Positions 19,512 through 29,807 of a stretch of 54,850 nucleotides of DNA are shown piece by piece. The position numbers and the translations under genes were made by a program. The notes beneath the pieces were generated by a model. That model did not search any database and had not been told where the DNA came from. It saw nothing but the letters and a program-made list of their open reading frames with translations. The first letter of the stretch is position 1. Each line of letters starts with the position of its first letter. The DNA is from Collinsella sp. (GTDB lineage Bacteria > Actinomycetota > Coriobacteriia > Coriobacteriales > Coriobacteriaceae): positions 1 to 54,850 of the forward strand of contig DBGBLM010000036.1 in the NCBI GenBank assembly GCA_048448865.1, given 5' to 3'.

Positions 19512-19583
19512 GGCGGCCGTGGCGCACGCCCGCGCCCGCGGGCTTATGATGGACGATAACGAGACGGAAAGGGGTCAGGTAGC

Positions 19584-20000
19584 ATGGCCGAGGACAATAG
19601 GAACAAACCGCTGTACATGATCAGCGTGGCGGCCGAGCTGACCGGCATGCATCCGCAGACTCTGCGCGTCTACGAGTCCAAGGGCCTGGTGAACCCCCAG
19701 CGCTCGGGCGGCAACACGCGTCTGTATTCGCGCGCCGATATCGAGCGCCTGGAGCTCATCAACCAACTGACCGACGAGGGCATCAACCTTGCCGGCGTGG
19801 TGCGCATCCTCGACATGAAGGAGCGTGCCGAGGAGCGTGAGCACGAGAACGAAAAACTCCGTGCCCGCGTGCGCCAGCTCGAGGACGAGCTGCACGAGTA
19901 CAAGATGCAGAAGAAGATCACCGCCCTGGCTCCGCGCGATGGCTCGGTCAACCCCGAGCAAGTCATGCGCAAGCTGCTGGGCGCCGGCGGGGATTTGTAG
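19584..20000 (+). CDS. hspR: MerR-family heat-shock repressor HspR
   Basis: ISVAAELTGMHPQTLRVYE..GL, RLYS..DI, GINLAG; last gene of the dnaK operon. Confidence 0.95.
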   Translation: MAEDNRNKPLYMISVAAELTGMHPQTLRVYESKGLVNPQRSGGNTRLYSRADIERLELINQLTDEGINLAGVVRILDMKERAEEREHENEKLRARVRQLEDELHEYKMQKKITALAPRDGSVNPEQVMRKLLGAGGDL

Positions 20001-20162
20001 TTACGCGGGTTTACCAACCCGCGTAACCAGTTGACGCTGCAAGCCCGCCAGAGCGGCAATCTGCCTTTCAACTTCGGCGGCATGATCAGAAGATCAATGC
20101 CGCCTCGTTTCAAGGCACCTTGCTCGCTCTGGCGGGCTTTCGCTGACTTTGCCAACACATCG
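20000..20162 (+). ncRNA. Putative structured non-coding element, copy 2
   Basis: Hairpin GTTACGCGGGTT-TACC-AACCCGCGTAAC, then GACGCTGC, a 99-nt interrupted hairpin (20041-20139) and TCGCTGACTTT. Confidence 0.65.
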
Positions 20163-20173
20163 GCGTTACTGGA

Positions 20174-20250
20174 GTAGTCATTGGGGACGTTCTTAAATGA
20201 CCAGTCGTTGGGGACGTTCCTTTTGTGCCGGCACTTTGGGACACTCTTGC
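20174..20250. repeat. GGGGAC-core repeat cluster, copy 2
   Basis: 31 bp identical to 178-208, followed by TGGGGACGTTCC and TGGGACACTC units. Confidence 0.85.
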
Positions 20251-20402
20251 ACAAATCTGCCGGCCCACACCGGGCTCGTCCTTTACTTTACTGAGATAAA
20301 GTGAACGTGTAGATTCGTAACCCGCGGGCAACCGTTCTATGGCACGATATTGAACGAATGTATGCTATGCGCCCAAATCTTTTGGGCAGAGTGGGAGACA
20401 GT

Positions 20403-22703
20403 ATGGTCAAGCTGTACGAGGACGGCATCTACCTGCGTAACGGCAGCGAGGTTGTGCCTGAGGCCGAGGCTGCCGAGCGCGGTATTACGCAGACGCCCGA
20501 GGATGCCAAGCGCGGCACCATCGCGTATTCGATCCTCCAGGCACACAATACGTCCGGCGACCCCGAGGCGCTCAAGATTCGCTTCGACGCCATGGCGAGC
20601 CACGACATCACCTTTGTCGGCATCATCCAGACGGCGCGCGCCTCGGGCATGGAGCAGTTCCCGCTGCCCTACGTGCTCACCAACTGCCACAACTCGCTGT
20701 GCGCCGTGGGCGGCACCATCAACGAGGACGACCATGTCTTTGGCCTTTCCGCGGCCAAGAAGTACGGCGGCATCTTCGTTCCGCCGCACATCGCCGTCAT
20801 CCACTCCTTTATGCGTGAGAACTTCGCCGGCTGCGGCAAGATGATCCTGGGTTCCGACTCGCACACCCGCTACGGCGCTCTGGGCACCATGGCCGTGGGC
20901 GAGGGCGGCGGCGAGCTGGCAAAGCAGCTGCTGCGCGACACCTACGACGTTGCCTATCCCGGCGTCGTTGCCATCTACCTCACGGGCGCCCCGCGCCCCG
21001 GCGTTGGCCCGCACGACGTGGCGCTCGCCATCATCCGTGCCGTCTTTGCCAAGGGTTACGTTAAGAATAAGGTCATGGAGTTCGTGGGCCCGGGCATCGC
21101 GAACATGACGACCGATTACCGCAACGGCGTCGACGTCATGACCACCGAGACCACCTGCCTGTCGAGTATCTGGGCTACCGACGAGGACACGCACGCGTTT
21201 TTGACCATGCACGGCCGCGGCGACGACTACCGCGAGCTCAAGCCCGCCGATGTCGCCTACTATGACGGCTGCGTCGAGGTCGACCTGTCGAGCATCAAGC
21301 CCATGATTGCGCTGCCGTTCCATCCTTCCAACGGCTTTGAGATTGACGAGCTTAACGAGAACCTCGAGGACATCCTGCACGAGGTGGAGCTCGAGGCTGC
21401 CAAGATCGGCGAGGGTAAGACGCACTTTAGCCTGCTCGACAAGATCGTCGACGGCAAGCTGCACGTGCAGCAGGGCGTTATCGCCGGCTGCTCGGGCGGC
21501 AACTACGACTCCGTGGTCCAGGCTGCCCGCGTGCTCAAGGGCGCCAACACCGGCTGCGGCGAGTTCTCGCTGTCGGTCTATCCCACGAGCCAGCCCGTGG
21601 CACTCGAGCTTACACGCCGCGGCTATATCTACGACCTTATGGAGGCTGGCGCGATCGTGCGCACGGCGTTCTGCGGCCCGTGTTTCGGTGCCGGCGACAC
21701 GCCCGCTAACAACGGCCTGTCCATCCGCCACACCACGCGCAACTTCCCCAACCGTGAGGGTTCCAAGCCGGGCAATGGCCAGCTGAGCGCGGTGGCCCTG
21801 ATGGACGCCCGCTCCATTGCGGCGACGGCTGCCAACGGCGGCGTCCTGACGCCGGCGACCGACCTGCCCGAGGAGACCTGGGACGAGGCCTGCGAGTACA
21901 CCTTTGACGACGCGCCGTACAAGAAGCGCGTGTACTGGGGCTTTGGCAAGGCTGAGCCGGCCGACGAGCTGGTCGAAGGCCCCAACATCAAGCCGTGGCC
22001 CGCGATGGAGCCTCTCGGCGACGATATCCTGCTCAAGGTGTGCTCCAAGATCATGGACCCGGTTACCACGACTGACGAGCTCATTCCTTCGGGCGAGACG
22101 AGCTCCTTCCGCTCCAATCCGCTGGGCTTGGCAGAGTTTACGCTGAGCCGCCGCGATCCGGCCTACGTCGGTCGTTCCAAGGAGGTCGACGCCGTGGAGA
22201 AGCGTCGCGTGGCCGGCGAGGCCGCGGGCGACCTGGCGGCGCTCGATGCCGAACTTGCCGGCGTGTTTGAGGCGCTGGCCGGCGCGGGTGTCGCGGTCGA
22301 TGCCAAGGCGACCGAGTACGGCTCTATGCTCTATGCCAAGAAGCCCGGTGACGGTTCTGCCCGCGAGCAGGCCGCGAGCTGTCAGCGCGTGATTGGCGGC
22401 TTGGCCAACATCGTCCACGAGTACGCCACCAAGCGCTATCGCTCCAACGTGATGAACTGGGGCATGGTGCCCTTCCAGATGGAGGCCGAGCCCAACTTTG
22501 AGGTGGGCGATTACGTCTTCGTGCCGGGTATCCGTGCCGCGCTCGATGGCGACCTGAAGGACATCGCCGCCTACGTGGTGCGTGCCGACGGTGCGGTCGA
22601 GCAGATTGAGCTCTACATTGCCGATATGACGGCCGAGGAGCGTGCCATCGTCAAGGCCGGCTGCCTGATCAACTACAATAAGTTCAAGGCCGCTACCGAG
22701 TAA
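20403..22703 (+). CDS. Aconitase-family hydratase (YbhJ-like)
   Basis: [53 protein letters not shown]. Confidence 0.9.
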   Translation: MVKLYEDGIYLRNGSEVVPEAEAAERGITQTPEDAKRGTIAYSILQAHNTSGDPEALKIRFDAMASHDITFVGIIQTARASGMEQFPLPYVLTNCHNSLCAVGGTINEDDHVFGLSAAKKYGGIFVPPHIAVIHSFMRENFAGCGKMILGSDSHTRYGALGTMAVGEGGGELAKQLLRDTYDVAYPGVVAIYLTGAPRPGVGPHDVALAIIRAVFAKGYVKNKVMEFVGPGIANMTTDYRNGVDVMTTETTCLSSIWATDEDTHAFLTMHGRGDDYRELKPADVAYYDGCVEVDLSSIKPMIALPFHPSNGFEIDELNENLEDILHEVELEAAKIGEGKTHFSLLDKIVDGKLHVQQGVIAGCSGGNYDSVVQAARVLKGANTGCGEFSLSVYPTSQPVALELTRRGYIYDLMEAGAIVRTAFCGPCFGAGDTPANNGLSIRHTTRNFPNREGSKPGNGQLSAVALMDARSIAATAANGGVLTPATDLPEETWDEACEYTFDDAPYKKRVYWGFGKAEPADELVEGPNIKPWPAMEPLGDDILLKVCSKIMDPVTTTDELIPSGETSSFRSNPLGLAEFTLSRRDPAYVGRSKEVDAVEKRRVAGEAAGDLAALDAELAGVFEALAGAGVAVDAKATEYGSMLYAKKPGDGSAREQAASCQRVIGGLANIVHEYATKRYRSNVMNWGMVPFQMEAEPNFEVGDYVFVPGIRAALDGDLKDIAAYVVRADGAVEQIELYIADMTAEERAIVKAGCLINYNKFKAATE

Positions 22704-22714
22704 CGTTGCTGTAC

Positions 22715-22786
22715 GCCCCGGACACACCTTTCCCTCGTGCTCACGCGCTTCGCGAGGGTCGCCCGAGGGAAAGGTGTGGCCGGGGC
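22715..22786. repeat. Long GC-rich inverted repeat after the hydratase gene
   Basis: GCCCCGG-A-CACACCTTTCCCTCG ... CGAGGGAAAGGTGTG-G-CCGGGGC. Confidence 0.7.
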
Positions 22787-22872
22787 TACCGCGACGTTCT
22801 CGTTGGGTCTTGAGGGACGCTAATAAATAGACTTGCTTGATGCCGCCTCTGTTATCGGGGCGGCTTCTTTTT

Positions 22873-22914
22873 GTCGAAAACCGCCACAAAGGGGACAGAC
22901 ACCTTTGTGGCGGT
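22873..22914. repeat. CCACAAAGG hairpin (family D, copy 1)
   Basis: GTCGAAA-ACCGCCACAAAGG-GGACAGACA-CCTTTGTGGCGGT. Confidence 0.85.
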
Positions 22915-22968
22915 GGGGAACGAGCTCGATGTTGTTGTGATCGTTGAGCGGTATGTTAATGAGCGGCT

Positions 22969-23637
22969 CTACAGAATTTCATCCGGGTTGGCGGGTTTGG
23001 TTGTTTTGGGGATGCCGAGTTTGGATGACGCGAAATCGTCAACATCGTCCTTGATTCCATCTTTGGTGTAGACGGTGACCGTATAGGTGCTGTGCCCGAA
23101 TTCGCTCTTGTCGCGTGTCGCCCAGGCCTGCCAGTAGGCAGCCCCGTTTCGCCCTTTGATTTTTCCGACACGGCGGAGTTCTGTTCGCTTTAATTGCTGG
23201 TTGTTATAGATGGTTCGACCGGCCTCCTCGGTGAGCCCGCACTGTCCAAGCATCTTGTCGAGGACTTGGTTCATGTGGCGCTCATCGGTGTTTGGTGCGT
23301 AGTCGTAGGCGAGGGTGATGGAGTCGAGGGACTGGTCGTCGATCAAATAATTCATCGTCTGAGGTTCAAGGCAGAAATAGGGGGAGCATCCGTCGACCTT
23401 GCCGAGCAACGGTAACTTGGACTGCCAACTTCCGGTGGGAATTGCATATTCGTAGAACACGCCACGGCAGACAAAGGAGAGCGAGGTGGCACGCGAGCCG
23501 GCGTCGATCATCCCGCAAAGATCGAAGGGCGAGGCGATACCAAAAGAAAAGGGCGTGATGACGATAAGGAAGAGCATCACGATGGGTATGGCGAGAATGG
23601 CGATGACGTTGCGACCGGTGGAATGAGGCGGCTTCAT
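22969..23637 (-). CDS. Hypothetical membrane-anchored/exported protein
   Basis: AGGAG RBS, N-terminal hydrophobic helix, several Cys. Confidence 0.7.
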   Translation of the reverse strand: MKPPHSTGRNVIAILAIPIVMLFLIVITPFSFGIASPFDLCGMIDAGSRATSLSFVCRGVFYEYAIPTGSWQSKLPLLGKVDGCSPYFCLEPQTMNYLIDDQSLDSITLAYDYAPNTDERHMNQVLDKMLGQCGLTEEAGRTIYNNQQLKRTELRRVGKIKGRNGAAYWQAWATRDKSEFGHSTYTVTVYTKDGIKDDVDDFASSKLGIPKTTKPANPDEIL

Positions 23638-23740
23638 ATGCGCTCCTCGAGACAAAGATCTGTTGAGGATAGGCAGAAATGGATATGTCCAAAGAACAAT
23701 TCAAGTTTAATCTCATGGCGCGAGATGGTCGACCGTTAGC

Positions 23741-23782
23741 GTCGAAAACCACCACAAAGGTGCCTGTCCCCTTTGTGGTGGT
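23741..23782. repeat. CCACAAAGG hairpin (family D, copy 2)
   Basis: GTCGAAA-ACCACCACAAAGG-TGCCTGTCC-CCTTTGTGGTGGT. Confidence 0.85.
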
Positions 23783-23871
23783 GAGGAGCGCGCGGCTTCT
23801 TTTGGTAATAGTGTTAACTGGCGGTATCATTAGTGCAGGTGGCGAAGGTTTGCATTGTGGGGTGTTTTGCC

Positions 23872-24543
23872 GTGAGCCGTTCTGCCCGTATTGGATTGAT
23901 TGTCTTGGCGCTTGCGATCGCTGTGGTTGGCGCGGGCGCTGTCGGTATGGCATTTCTACCTGCTGCGGTGACGGAGCCGGTGGTCAAGCCTGTGACTCAA
24001 TCTGTCGAACTTCTGACCGGCGACGACAAGCCCGAGACCATTACGGTTGATTTTGATGAGCAGCCGGCTGTGCTGGGTATTAGCAATTATCCGTGTATTC
24101 AGCTTGGGGCCATGCGCTATACCACGGATACAAGCCTGATCGATAGGGCGTCCGAGCTACTCAAGGGCAAAACATTTAAGCGTTGGTACGGATATGCGTC
24201 CTATCGGGCAAAAGCGAACGACATGGTTGGCGGATGCCACTCTTCCATCGAGCTGGACACTGCAAACGGCGCAAAGTTATGTGATGTCTCGTACGATCCG
24301 GGCTACGAGGGCAATGAGGGTCCGGGCATCTACATCATGGACGGCGATGTTGCCTATGTCATGGAGGGCGACCAGACCGAGCTCAACGATTTTATGGGTC
24401 AGTGTATCCAAGATGCCTATAAACAGACCTGCTTGCCTGACCCGCAGACTGCACGCGATAGTGGGTCTGCCCGTACATGGCTGTTCGAGGATGAGATGCC
24501 CTGGACCGTCGAATCGGGAAGTACGGGTTCGGCGAAGGAGTAG
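23872..24543 (+). CDS. Hypothetical membrane-anchored/exported protein
   Basis: N-terminal TM helix (IGLIVLALAIAVVGAG); start uncertain (23833 or 23872). Confidence 0.7.
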   Translation: MSRSARIGLIVLALAIAVVGAGAVGMAFLPAAVTEPVVKPVTQSVELLTGDDKPETITVDFDEQPAVLGISNYPCIQLGAMRYTTDTSLIDRASELLKGKTFKRWYGYASYRAKANDMVGGCHSSIELDTANGAKLCDVSYDPGYEGNEGPGIYIMDGDVAYVMEGDQTELNDFMGQCIQDAYKQTCLPDPQTARDSGSARTWLFEDEMPWTVESGSTGSAKE

Positions 24544-24551
24544 AGACCGCG

Positions 24552-24592
24552 ACCACCACAAAGGTGCCTGTCCTCTTTGTGGTGGTTTTCGG
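24552..24592. repeat. CCACAAAGG hairpin (family D, copy 3, inverted relative to copy 1)
   Basis: ACCACCACAAAGG-TGCCTGTCC-TCTTTGTGGTGGT-TTTCGG. Confidence 0.85.
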
Positions 24593-24596
24593 TCTG

Positions 24597-24812
24597 TCTC
24601 GATTTGTAACATCTTGGCCGCTAAAAGTGGGCTTGGTGTTACAGATTTAGATTTTTGATCCGGGTGTTTTCTGTTCGTCTCGATTTGTAACAGATAGAGC
24701 TCTATTTGCTGACTAGATGTTACAGATTGAGATAAACGGGTGCCGCTGGTCATTTCATCTCGATCTGTAACATCTAGAGCCATAAACAGCCGCTAGATGT
24801 TACAGATTGAGA
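24597..24812. repeat. Array of six alternating 15-bp half-sites (family B)
   Basis: TCTCGATYTGTAACA at 24597, 24678, 24758 and TGTTACAGATTKAGA at 24637, 24718, 24798; spacers 25-26 nt. Confidence 0.9.
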
Positions 24813-24874
24813 TAGTAAGGGGACGAGGCCGTAGCGGGTGAGCGCACCTGCTCCCTATCCATCAATCACTCAGA

Positions 24875-24901
24875 AAATCTTATATATAGAGACTTAGATT
24901 T
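24875..24901. promoter_or_regulatory. Probable HspR operator upstream of clpB
   Basis: AAATCTTATAT-ATAGA-GACTTAGATTT; both 11-bp flanks identical to the dnaK site. Confidence 0.7.
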
Positions 24902-24990
24902 ATGTATAAGATCGTACAAAGCTGGCAACAATACTTCTCGAACAACGTGAAGCCGCCCCGTAGGGCGGCCGCCCCAAGAGAGGTGATTCC

Positions 24991-27618
24991 ATGAGAATCG
25001 ATAAGCTAGCTATGACGTCGCGCGAGGCGCTGCAGACCGCCATGAGCACGGCTGCCGACGCGCAGGCCGGCGCGGTGGAGCCGATTCACCTGCTGTCCGC
25101 CCTGCTCGGTGCCGGCGAGCGCAATATCTCCGTGATCATCGAGCGCATCGGTGCCGACCCGGCTCAGCTTGCACGCTCCACGCAGGATGCCATTGACCAC
25201 GCGCCCAAGGTTTCCGGCGAGGGCCAGCAGATGGGTCTTTCCAACGAGCTCGTCCGCGTCATCGAGAAGGCCGAAAAGAAGGCCACCAAGATGGGCGACA
25301 GCTTTGTGGTGACTGAACATTTGCTGATGGCGCTTGCCGAGGACAAGGGCGAGGCCGGTCGTGTACTGCGCGACGCTGGCGTCACCAAGGAGCGCATCGA
25401 GCAGGTCTACGAGGAGCTGCGCGGCGATGACCGCGTGACGTCTGCCGAGGACAAGACCCAGTTTGAGGCGCTGGAGCAGTACGGTCGCAATATCTGCGAC
25501 CTTGCCCGCGCCGGCAAGCTCGACCCGGTCATCGGCCGTACCGACGAGATCCGTCGTACCATCCAGGTCCTGTCCCGCCGCACCAAGAACAACCCCGTGC
25601 TCATCGGCGAGCCGGGCGTCGGCAAAACTGCTATCGTCGAGGGCATCGCCCAGCGTATCGTGGCCGGCGACGTGCCGAGTACGCTGCGCGACCGCGACCT
25701 TATCGAGCTCGACATGAGCGCGCTGGTCGCCGGCGCTAAGTACCGCGGCGAGTTCGAGGACCGCTTGAAGGCCGTACTCAAAGAAGTGCAAAAATCCGAG
25801 GGCAAGGTCATCCTGTTCATCGATGAGCTCCACACCATCGTGGGTGCGGGTGCTACCGAGGGCTCCATGGACGCCGGCAACATCCTCAAGCCGGCGCTCG
25901 CCCGTGGCGACCTGCATGCAATCGGCGCGACCACGCTCGACGAATACCGCAAGTACATCGAGAAGGACGCGGCGCTCGCCCGTCGTTTCCAGACCGTTAT
26001 GGTGAGCGAGCCTACCGTCGAGGACACCATCTCGATTCTGCGTGGCCTCAAGGAGAAGTACGAGATCTTCCACGGCGTACACATCACCGATAGCGCGCTC
26101 GTGGCTGCCGCCGACCTCTCCGATCGCTATATCGCCGACCGCTTCCTGCCCGACAAGGCCATCGACCTGGTCGATGAGGCCGCAAGCCGTCTGCGCATGG
26201 AGCTCGACAGCATGCCGGTCGAGATTGACGCCACCACGCGTCAGCTCACCCAGCTGCAGATCGAAGAGCAGGCGCTCATGAAGGAGACCGACGACGCCTC
26301 CAAGGAGCGTCTGGAGGCCCTGCGCCAAGAGATTGCCGAGGTCCAGGAAAAGCTCAACGTGCAAAAGGCCGGCTGGCTCAACCAGAAGAACGCCATCGAC
26401 CACGTGCAGGAGCTTAAGGGCCAGCTCGACGAGGCCAAGAGTGAAGAGGAGCGCGCGACGCGCAACGGCGACCTGGGCCGTGCGTCCGAGCTGCGCTACT
26501 CCGTGATTCCGGGTCTGCAGCAGCAGATTCAGGATTCTGAGGCTGCGCTCGAGGCGCAAAAGCAGCAGGACGGCGAGGGCCTCAACGAGCAGGTGACCTC
26601 CGATGAGATCGCCGAGGTTGTGAGTGCCTGGACCGGCGTGCCCGTGTCCAAGATGATGCAGGGCGAGCTCGACAAGCTGAAGGGCTTGGAGGGTGAGCTG
26701 CATAAGCGCGTCATCGGCCAGGACGAGGCCGTCTCCGCCGTGGCCGCGGCCGTGCGTCGCAGCCGTGCGGGCCTTTCCGATCCGGACAAGCCCATCGGCA
26801 GCTTCTTCTTCCTGGGCCCCACCGGCGTGGGCAAGACCGAGCTCGCCAAGGCGCTTGCCGAGTGCCTGTTCGACGACGAGCGTGCGCTCGTGCGTATCGA
26901 CATGTCCGAGTACATGGAGAAGTTCAGCGTCCAGCGTCTGATCGGTGCGCCCCCGGGATACGTGGGTTACGACGAGGGCGGCCAGCTCACCGAGGCCGTG
27001 CGCCGTCGTCCCTACTCCGTGATCTTGCTCGACGAGATGGAGAAGGCCCATCCGGATGTCTTTAACGTGCTGCTGCAGGTGCTCGACGACGGTCGCCTGA
27101 CCGACGGTCAGGGTCGCCAAGTGTCCTTCAAGAACACGATCATCATCATGACGTCCAACGTGGGCTCCAAGGCTATCGCCGAGCTTTCCGACAAGGACGA
27201 GGAGGAGATGCGCCATCAGGTCGACGCGGCCATGGCTCAGACCTTCCGCCCCGAGTTCCTCAACCGTATCGACGATATCGTGGTGTTCCATCCGCTCGGC
27301 ATGGCGCAGATCGAGAAGATCGTCGACATCCAGCTTGCCGACGTTCGCGCGCGTCTGGCCAAGGAGCGCATGACGCTTGCCATCACCCCGGCGGCCAAGC
27401 AGATGCTCGCCGTGGGCGGCCTGGACCCGGTCTTTGGCGCCCGTCCGCTCAAGCGTCTGGTTCAGCGCGAGGTCGTGGATGCCATCGCCGCCGCTATCAT
27501 CGACGGCACGGTGCGCGAGGGCGATCAGGTGACGGTCGATGCCGACAAGGACGGCGGCTTTACCGTCGTGTGCGACAACACGCCGGCGGCCACCTACGAG
27601 GTCCCCGACGCCGAGTAG
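24991..27618 (+). CDS. clpB: ATP-dependent disaggregase ClpB
   Basis: Two AAA+ modules ([16 protein letters not shown]), middle coiled coil, GARPLKR. Confidence 0.98.
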   Translation: MRIDKLAMTSREALQTAMSTAADAQAGAVEPIHLLSALLGAGERNISVIIERIGADPAQLARSTQDAIDHAPKVSGEGQQMGLSNELVRVIEKAEKKATKMGDSFVVTEHLLMALAEDKGEAGRVLRDAGVTKERIEQVYEELRGDDRVTSAEDKTQFEALEQYGRNICDLARAGKLDPVIGRTDEIRRTIQVLSRRTKNNPVLIGEPGVGKTAIVEGIAQRIVAGDVPSTLRDRDLIELDMSALVAGAKYRGEFEDRLKAVLKEVQKSEGKVILFIDELHTIVGAGATEGSMDAGNILKPALARGDLHAIGATTLDEYRKYIEKDAALARRFQTVMVSEPTVEDTISILRGLKEKYEIFHGVHITDSALVAAADLSDRYIADRFLPDKAIDLVDEAASRLRMELDSMPVEIDATTRQLTQLQIEEQALMKETDDASKERLEALRQEIAEVQEKLNVQKAGWLNQKNAIDHVQELKGQLDEAKSEEERATRNGDLGRASELRYSVIPGLQQQIQDSEAALEAQKQQDGEGLNEQVTSDEIAEVVSAWTGVPVSKMMQGELDKLKGLEGELHKRVIGQDEAVSAVAAAVRRSRAGLSDPDKPIGSFFFLGPTGVGKTELAKALAECLFDDERALVRIDMSEYMEKFSVQRLIGAPPGYVGYDEGGQLTEAVRRRPYSVILLDEMEKAHPDVFNVLLQVLDDGRLTDGQGRQVSFKNTIIIMTSNVGSKAIAELSDKDEEEMRHQVDAAMAQTFRPEFLNRIDDIVVFHPLGMAQIEKIVDIQLADVRARLAKERMTLAITPAAKQMLAVGGLDPVFGARPLKRLVQREVVDAIAAAIIDGTVREGDQVTVDADKDGGFTVVCDNTPAATYEVPDAE

Positions 27619-27663
27619 ATTTATGGGACATGCCTTAAAATCTGCCAGCCGTCTCTAAACGCC

Positions 27664-27700
27664 AAGGGCGGCGGATCCAATTGGGTCCGCCGCCCTTTTT
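27664..27700 (+). terminator. Intrinsic terminator of clpB
   Basis: AAGGGCGGCGGATCC/GGGTCCGCCGCCCTTTTT. Confidence 0.8.
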
Positions 27701-27750
27701 CGTGCGACAATCGATAATGTTGAACGGATGCGATGCAAGGAGCTATGCAG

Positions 27751-27945
27751 ATGAAAGACGAGATCAAGACAAGTGCGCCGGCGACCGATGCCGCACTCGC
27801 CGCACCCAAGCCTGTGCCTAAGCCGGCACCCAAGCCGCGCGACCCCTACATCCGTGCCGAGAACGAGGACGACGACGGCTACGATCCCTACAGCGATCGC
27901 CGCCCCGAGCGCGAGCCGCTGTTCGAAGCCGATCCGTGGCGCTGA
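27751..27945 (+). CDS. Small Pro-rich/acidic hypothetical protein
   Basis: AGGAG RBS, host-like codon usage, DDDGYDPYSDR...DPWR. Confidence 0.65.
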   Translation: MKDEIKTSAPATDAALAAPKPVPKPAPKPRDPYIRAENEDDDGYDPYSDRRPEREPLFEADPWR

Positions 27946-27969
27946 GTGCCACCCAAAAGGGCACCAATA

Positions 27970-28036
27970 AGTTGCGGTGAAATAGGAACTGTTTTGCGGT
28001 TTGACCAGCAAAAACAGTCCCTATTTCACCGCAACT
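27970..28036. repeat. 67-bp inverted-repeat element (family C, copy 2)
   Basis: AGTTGCGGTGAAATAGGAACTGTTTT...AAAACAGTCCCTATTTCACCGCAACT. Confidence 0.9.
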
Positions 28037-28077
28037 GCGTTAGGGATGTGGGTGTTGGACGGCTGTCTTCGGCCCGG

Positions 28078-29574
28078 CTAGTCTTGGGCCTTGATGCTCG
28101 GCATCAGAATCTGGGCGAGGTAGTCGGTCTCGAGTTTGGTCGCGGTGTCTGCCTTGCCGTCTTTACCGACCAGGTCGTTTTTGATCTGGCTGTATGTGTA
28201 GCGGTTGCCGGTCGTGAGCTCGACAAGCTCAATTGCCGTATCCATGGGGTAGGTCGACACGGGGTTCTGCGTGCGCCCGTTGATGGTTTGCGGGATTACA
28301 TACGGATAGACAGGACCGCTAGCATAGACGGTGTAGCCGTTGCCTAGGCTGACCGTGCCCAAAACTGTATCGCCGGCGTCGGGCGTAAAGGTCTCGCCGT
28401 CGCGCACGGCGACAAGCGTCACGATTGGCGTATTGGCGTCATCGCCCAGATAGATGCATAGCGTGCTTCCGTTTTGCCAAGTTGCGACCTTGCCGTACCA
28501 CTCGACGGGAATATCGAGCTGGTAGAGGTCGGTTGCCTTGTGGCGAGCGTCAGCATCACGGGACGCCTGTGCCTTTTGCGCGCTCACGGCATTGACGGCG
28601 GCGTCGCGCCGCGCGGTTGCTGCCTGCTGGAGCACTTTGGCAGCCGCGGCGGAGCTCGCACCGCCCTCTTCGGCATACTTGGCGGCGGCATCGATCTGGT
28701 CGTCAGTCACCGTGTCGGCCGAAGGCACCTTGAGCTTAAAGGTGGCCTGGGCACTTAGATCCTGTCCATCGCTCTTAACGGTGACCTGCGTCTTGGTGGT
28801 CGGGACGGTGTAGACGGTGCCGTCGGCCGCGATGGGGGAGGCGGCGATGGAGAGCGTGTAATCGCCAGGCAGCAGTTTGATGCCGCGGCCGTGCTCGTCA
28901 ACATAGAGCGTTTCGCTCACGGAGGAGCCGTCAGAATCCTGACCGCTCACCTGTACGGGAATCTTGGAGCCAGTGGAACAGTCGAGGCCCGCGGCATGCA
29001 CGCCAATCTGCACCGACATCATCGTGTGGGCATTGGCGGCGACAGCGGCAGCCTGCTCTTGCTGATATCCGTTCCAGGCAGCATAGCCTGCACCGCCGGC
29101 GACGAGCGCGACGGCCACGACACCGGCGACCATCAGATTGCGGCGCTTGGGCGACATCTTGCGATGGCGAACCTCGGCCTCGCGTGCCGAGGGAACGGAT
29201 GGTAGGGGAATATCGCCCATGGCGATGGTCTCGTCCACGGCTGGTGCGGAACCCAGGCCAGGAAGCTAGCGGGTCAGCGAATCCTCGGCCGGTAAGCTGT
29301 CGAGCAAGAGGGTTTCCTCGCCCGTGTCGGATTCGGGCTGGTTGCCTGCCTCGCTTTCGGTGTCTTCGTGATCTGCCTCATCCTCGGCAGGCTCAACGTC
29401 GCCTGCATCCTGATCATCGGATTGCGCCTCGGTTTCCGGCTCATCCTGCACATCAACGCCCGAATCGTCAAACGCAATCTCATCGAGTGAAATCCGGTCT
29501 AGGCTCTCCAGGGCCTCGGCGCACGCTTCTGCATCTTGGGCCGCATCCTCTTGGCCCATCGTCTCATCTTTCAT
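28078..29574 (-). pseudogene. Membrane-anchored protein (acidic N-terminus, TM helix, extracellular domain) interrupted by an in-frame TAG at 29268-29266
   Basis: ORFs 29266-29574 and 28078-29238 are in the same frame, joined by R*LPGLGSAPA. Confidence 0.7.
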
Positions 29575-29696
29575 ATATCCCCCAAGCTCAATATCGGGAC
29601 AACACTGTACCCAAAAATGGAGCCATATAAAGCGCGTGCGAAATATAAGATCCGATTTAACTCGAGCGCATCGTTCGGCCGCATCCTCGCGGCGGC

Positions 29697-29737
29697 AAAA
29701 GGCCCCCGGAACGCGAACGAATCACATTCCGGGGGCT
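29697..29737 (-). terminator. Terminator after the membrane-protein gene
   Basis: GCCCCCGGAA/TTCCGGGGGC stem with a T-tract on the minus strand. Confidence 0.6.
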
Positions 29738-29807
29738 CTACAATGCGCTGGGTTGCGCGGAGCCGGCTATGCTGCTTCGCGCTCAAGCGATGTTTGCGCC
29801 GGGCATG

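Noticed and set aside
22873..24592. Classical integron
   Set aside because: No intI gene, the hairpins lack the RYYYAAC/GTTRRRY attC boxes, and the two genes are divergent
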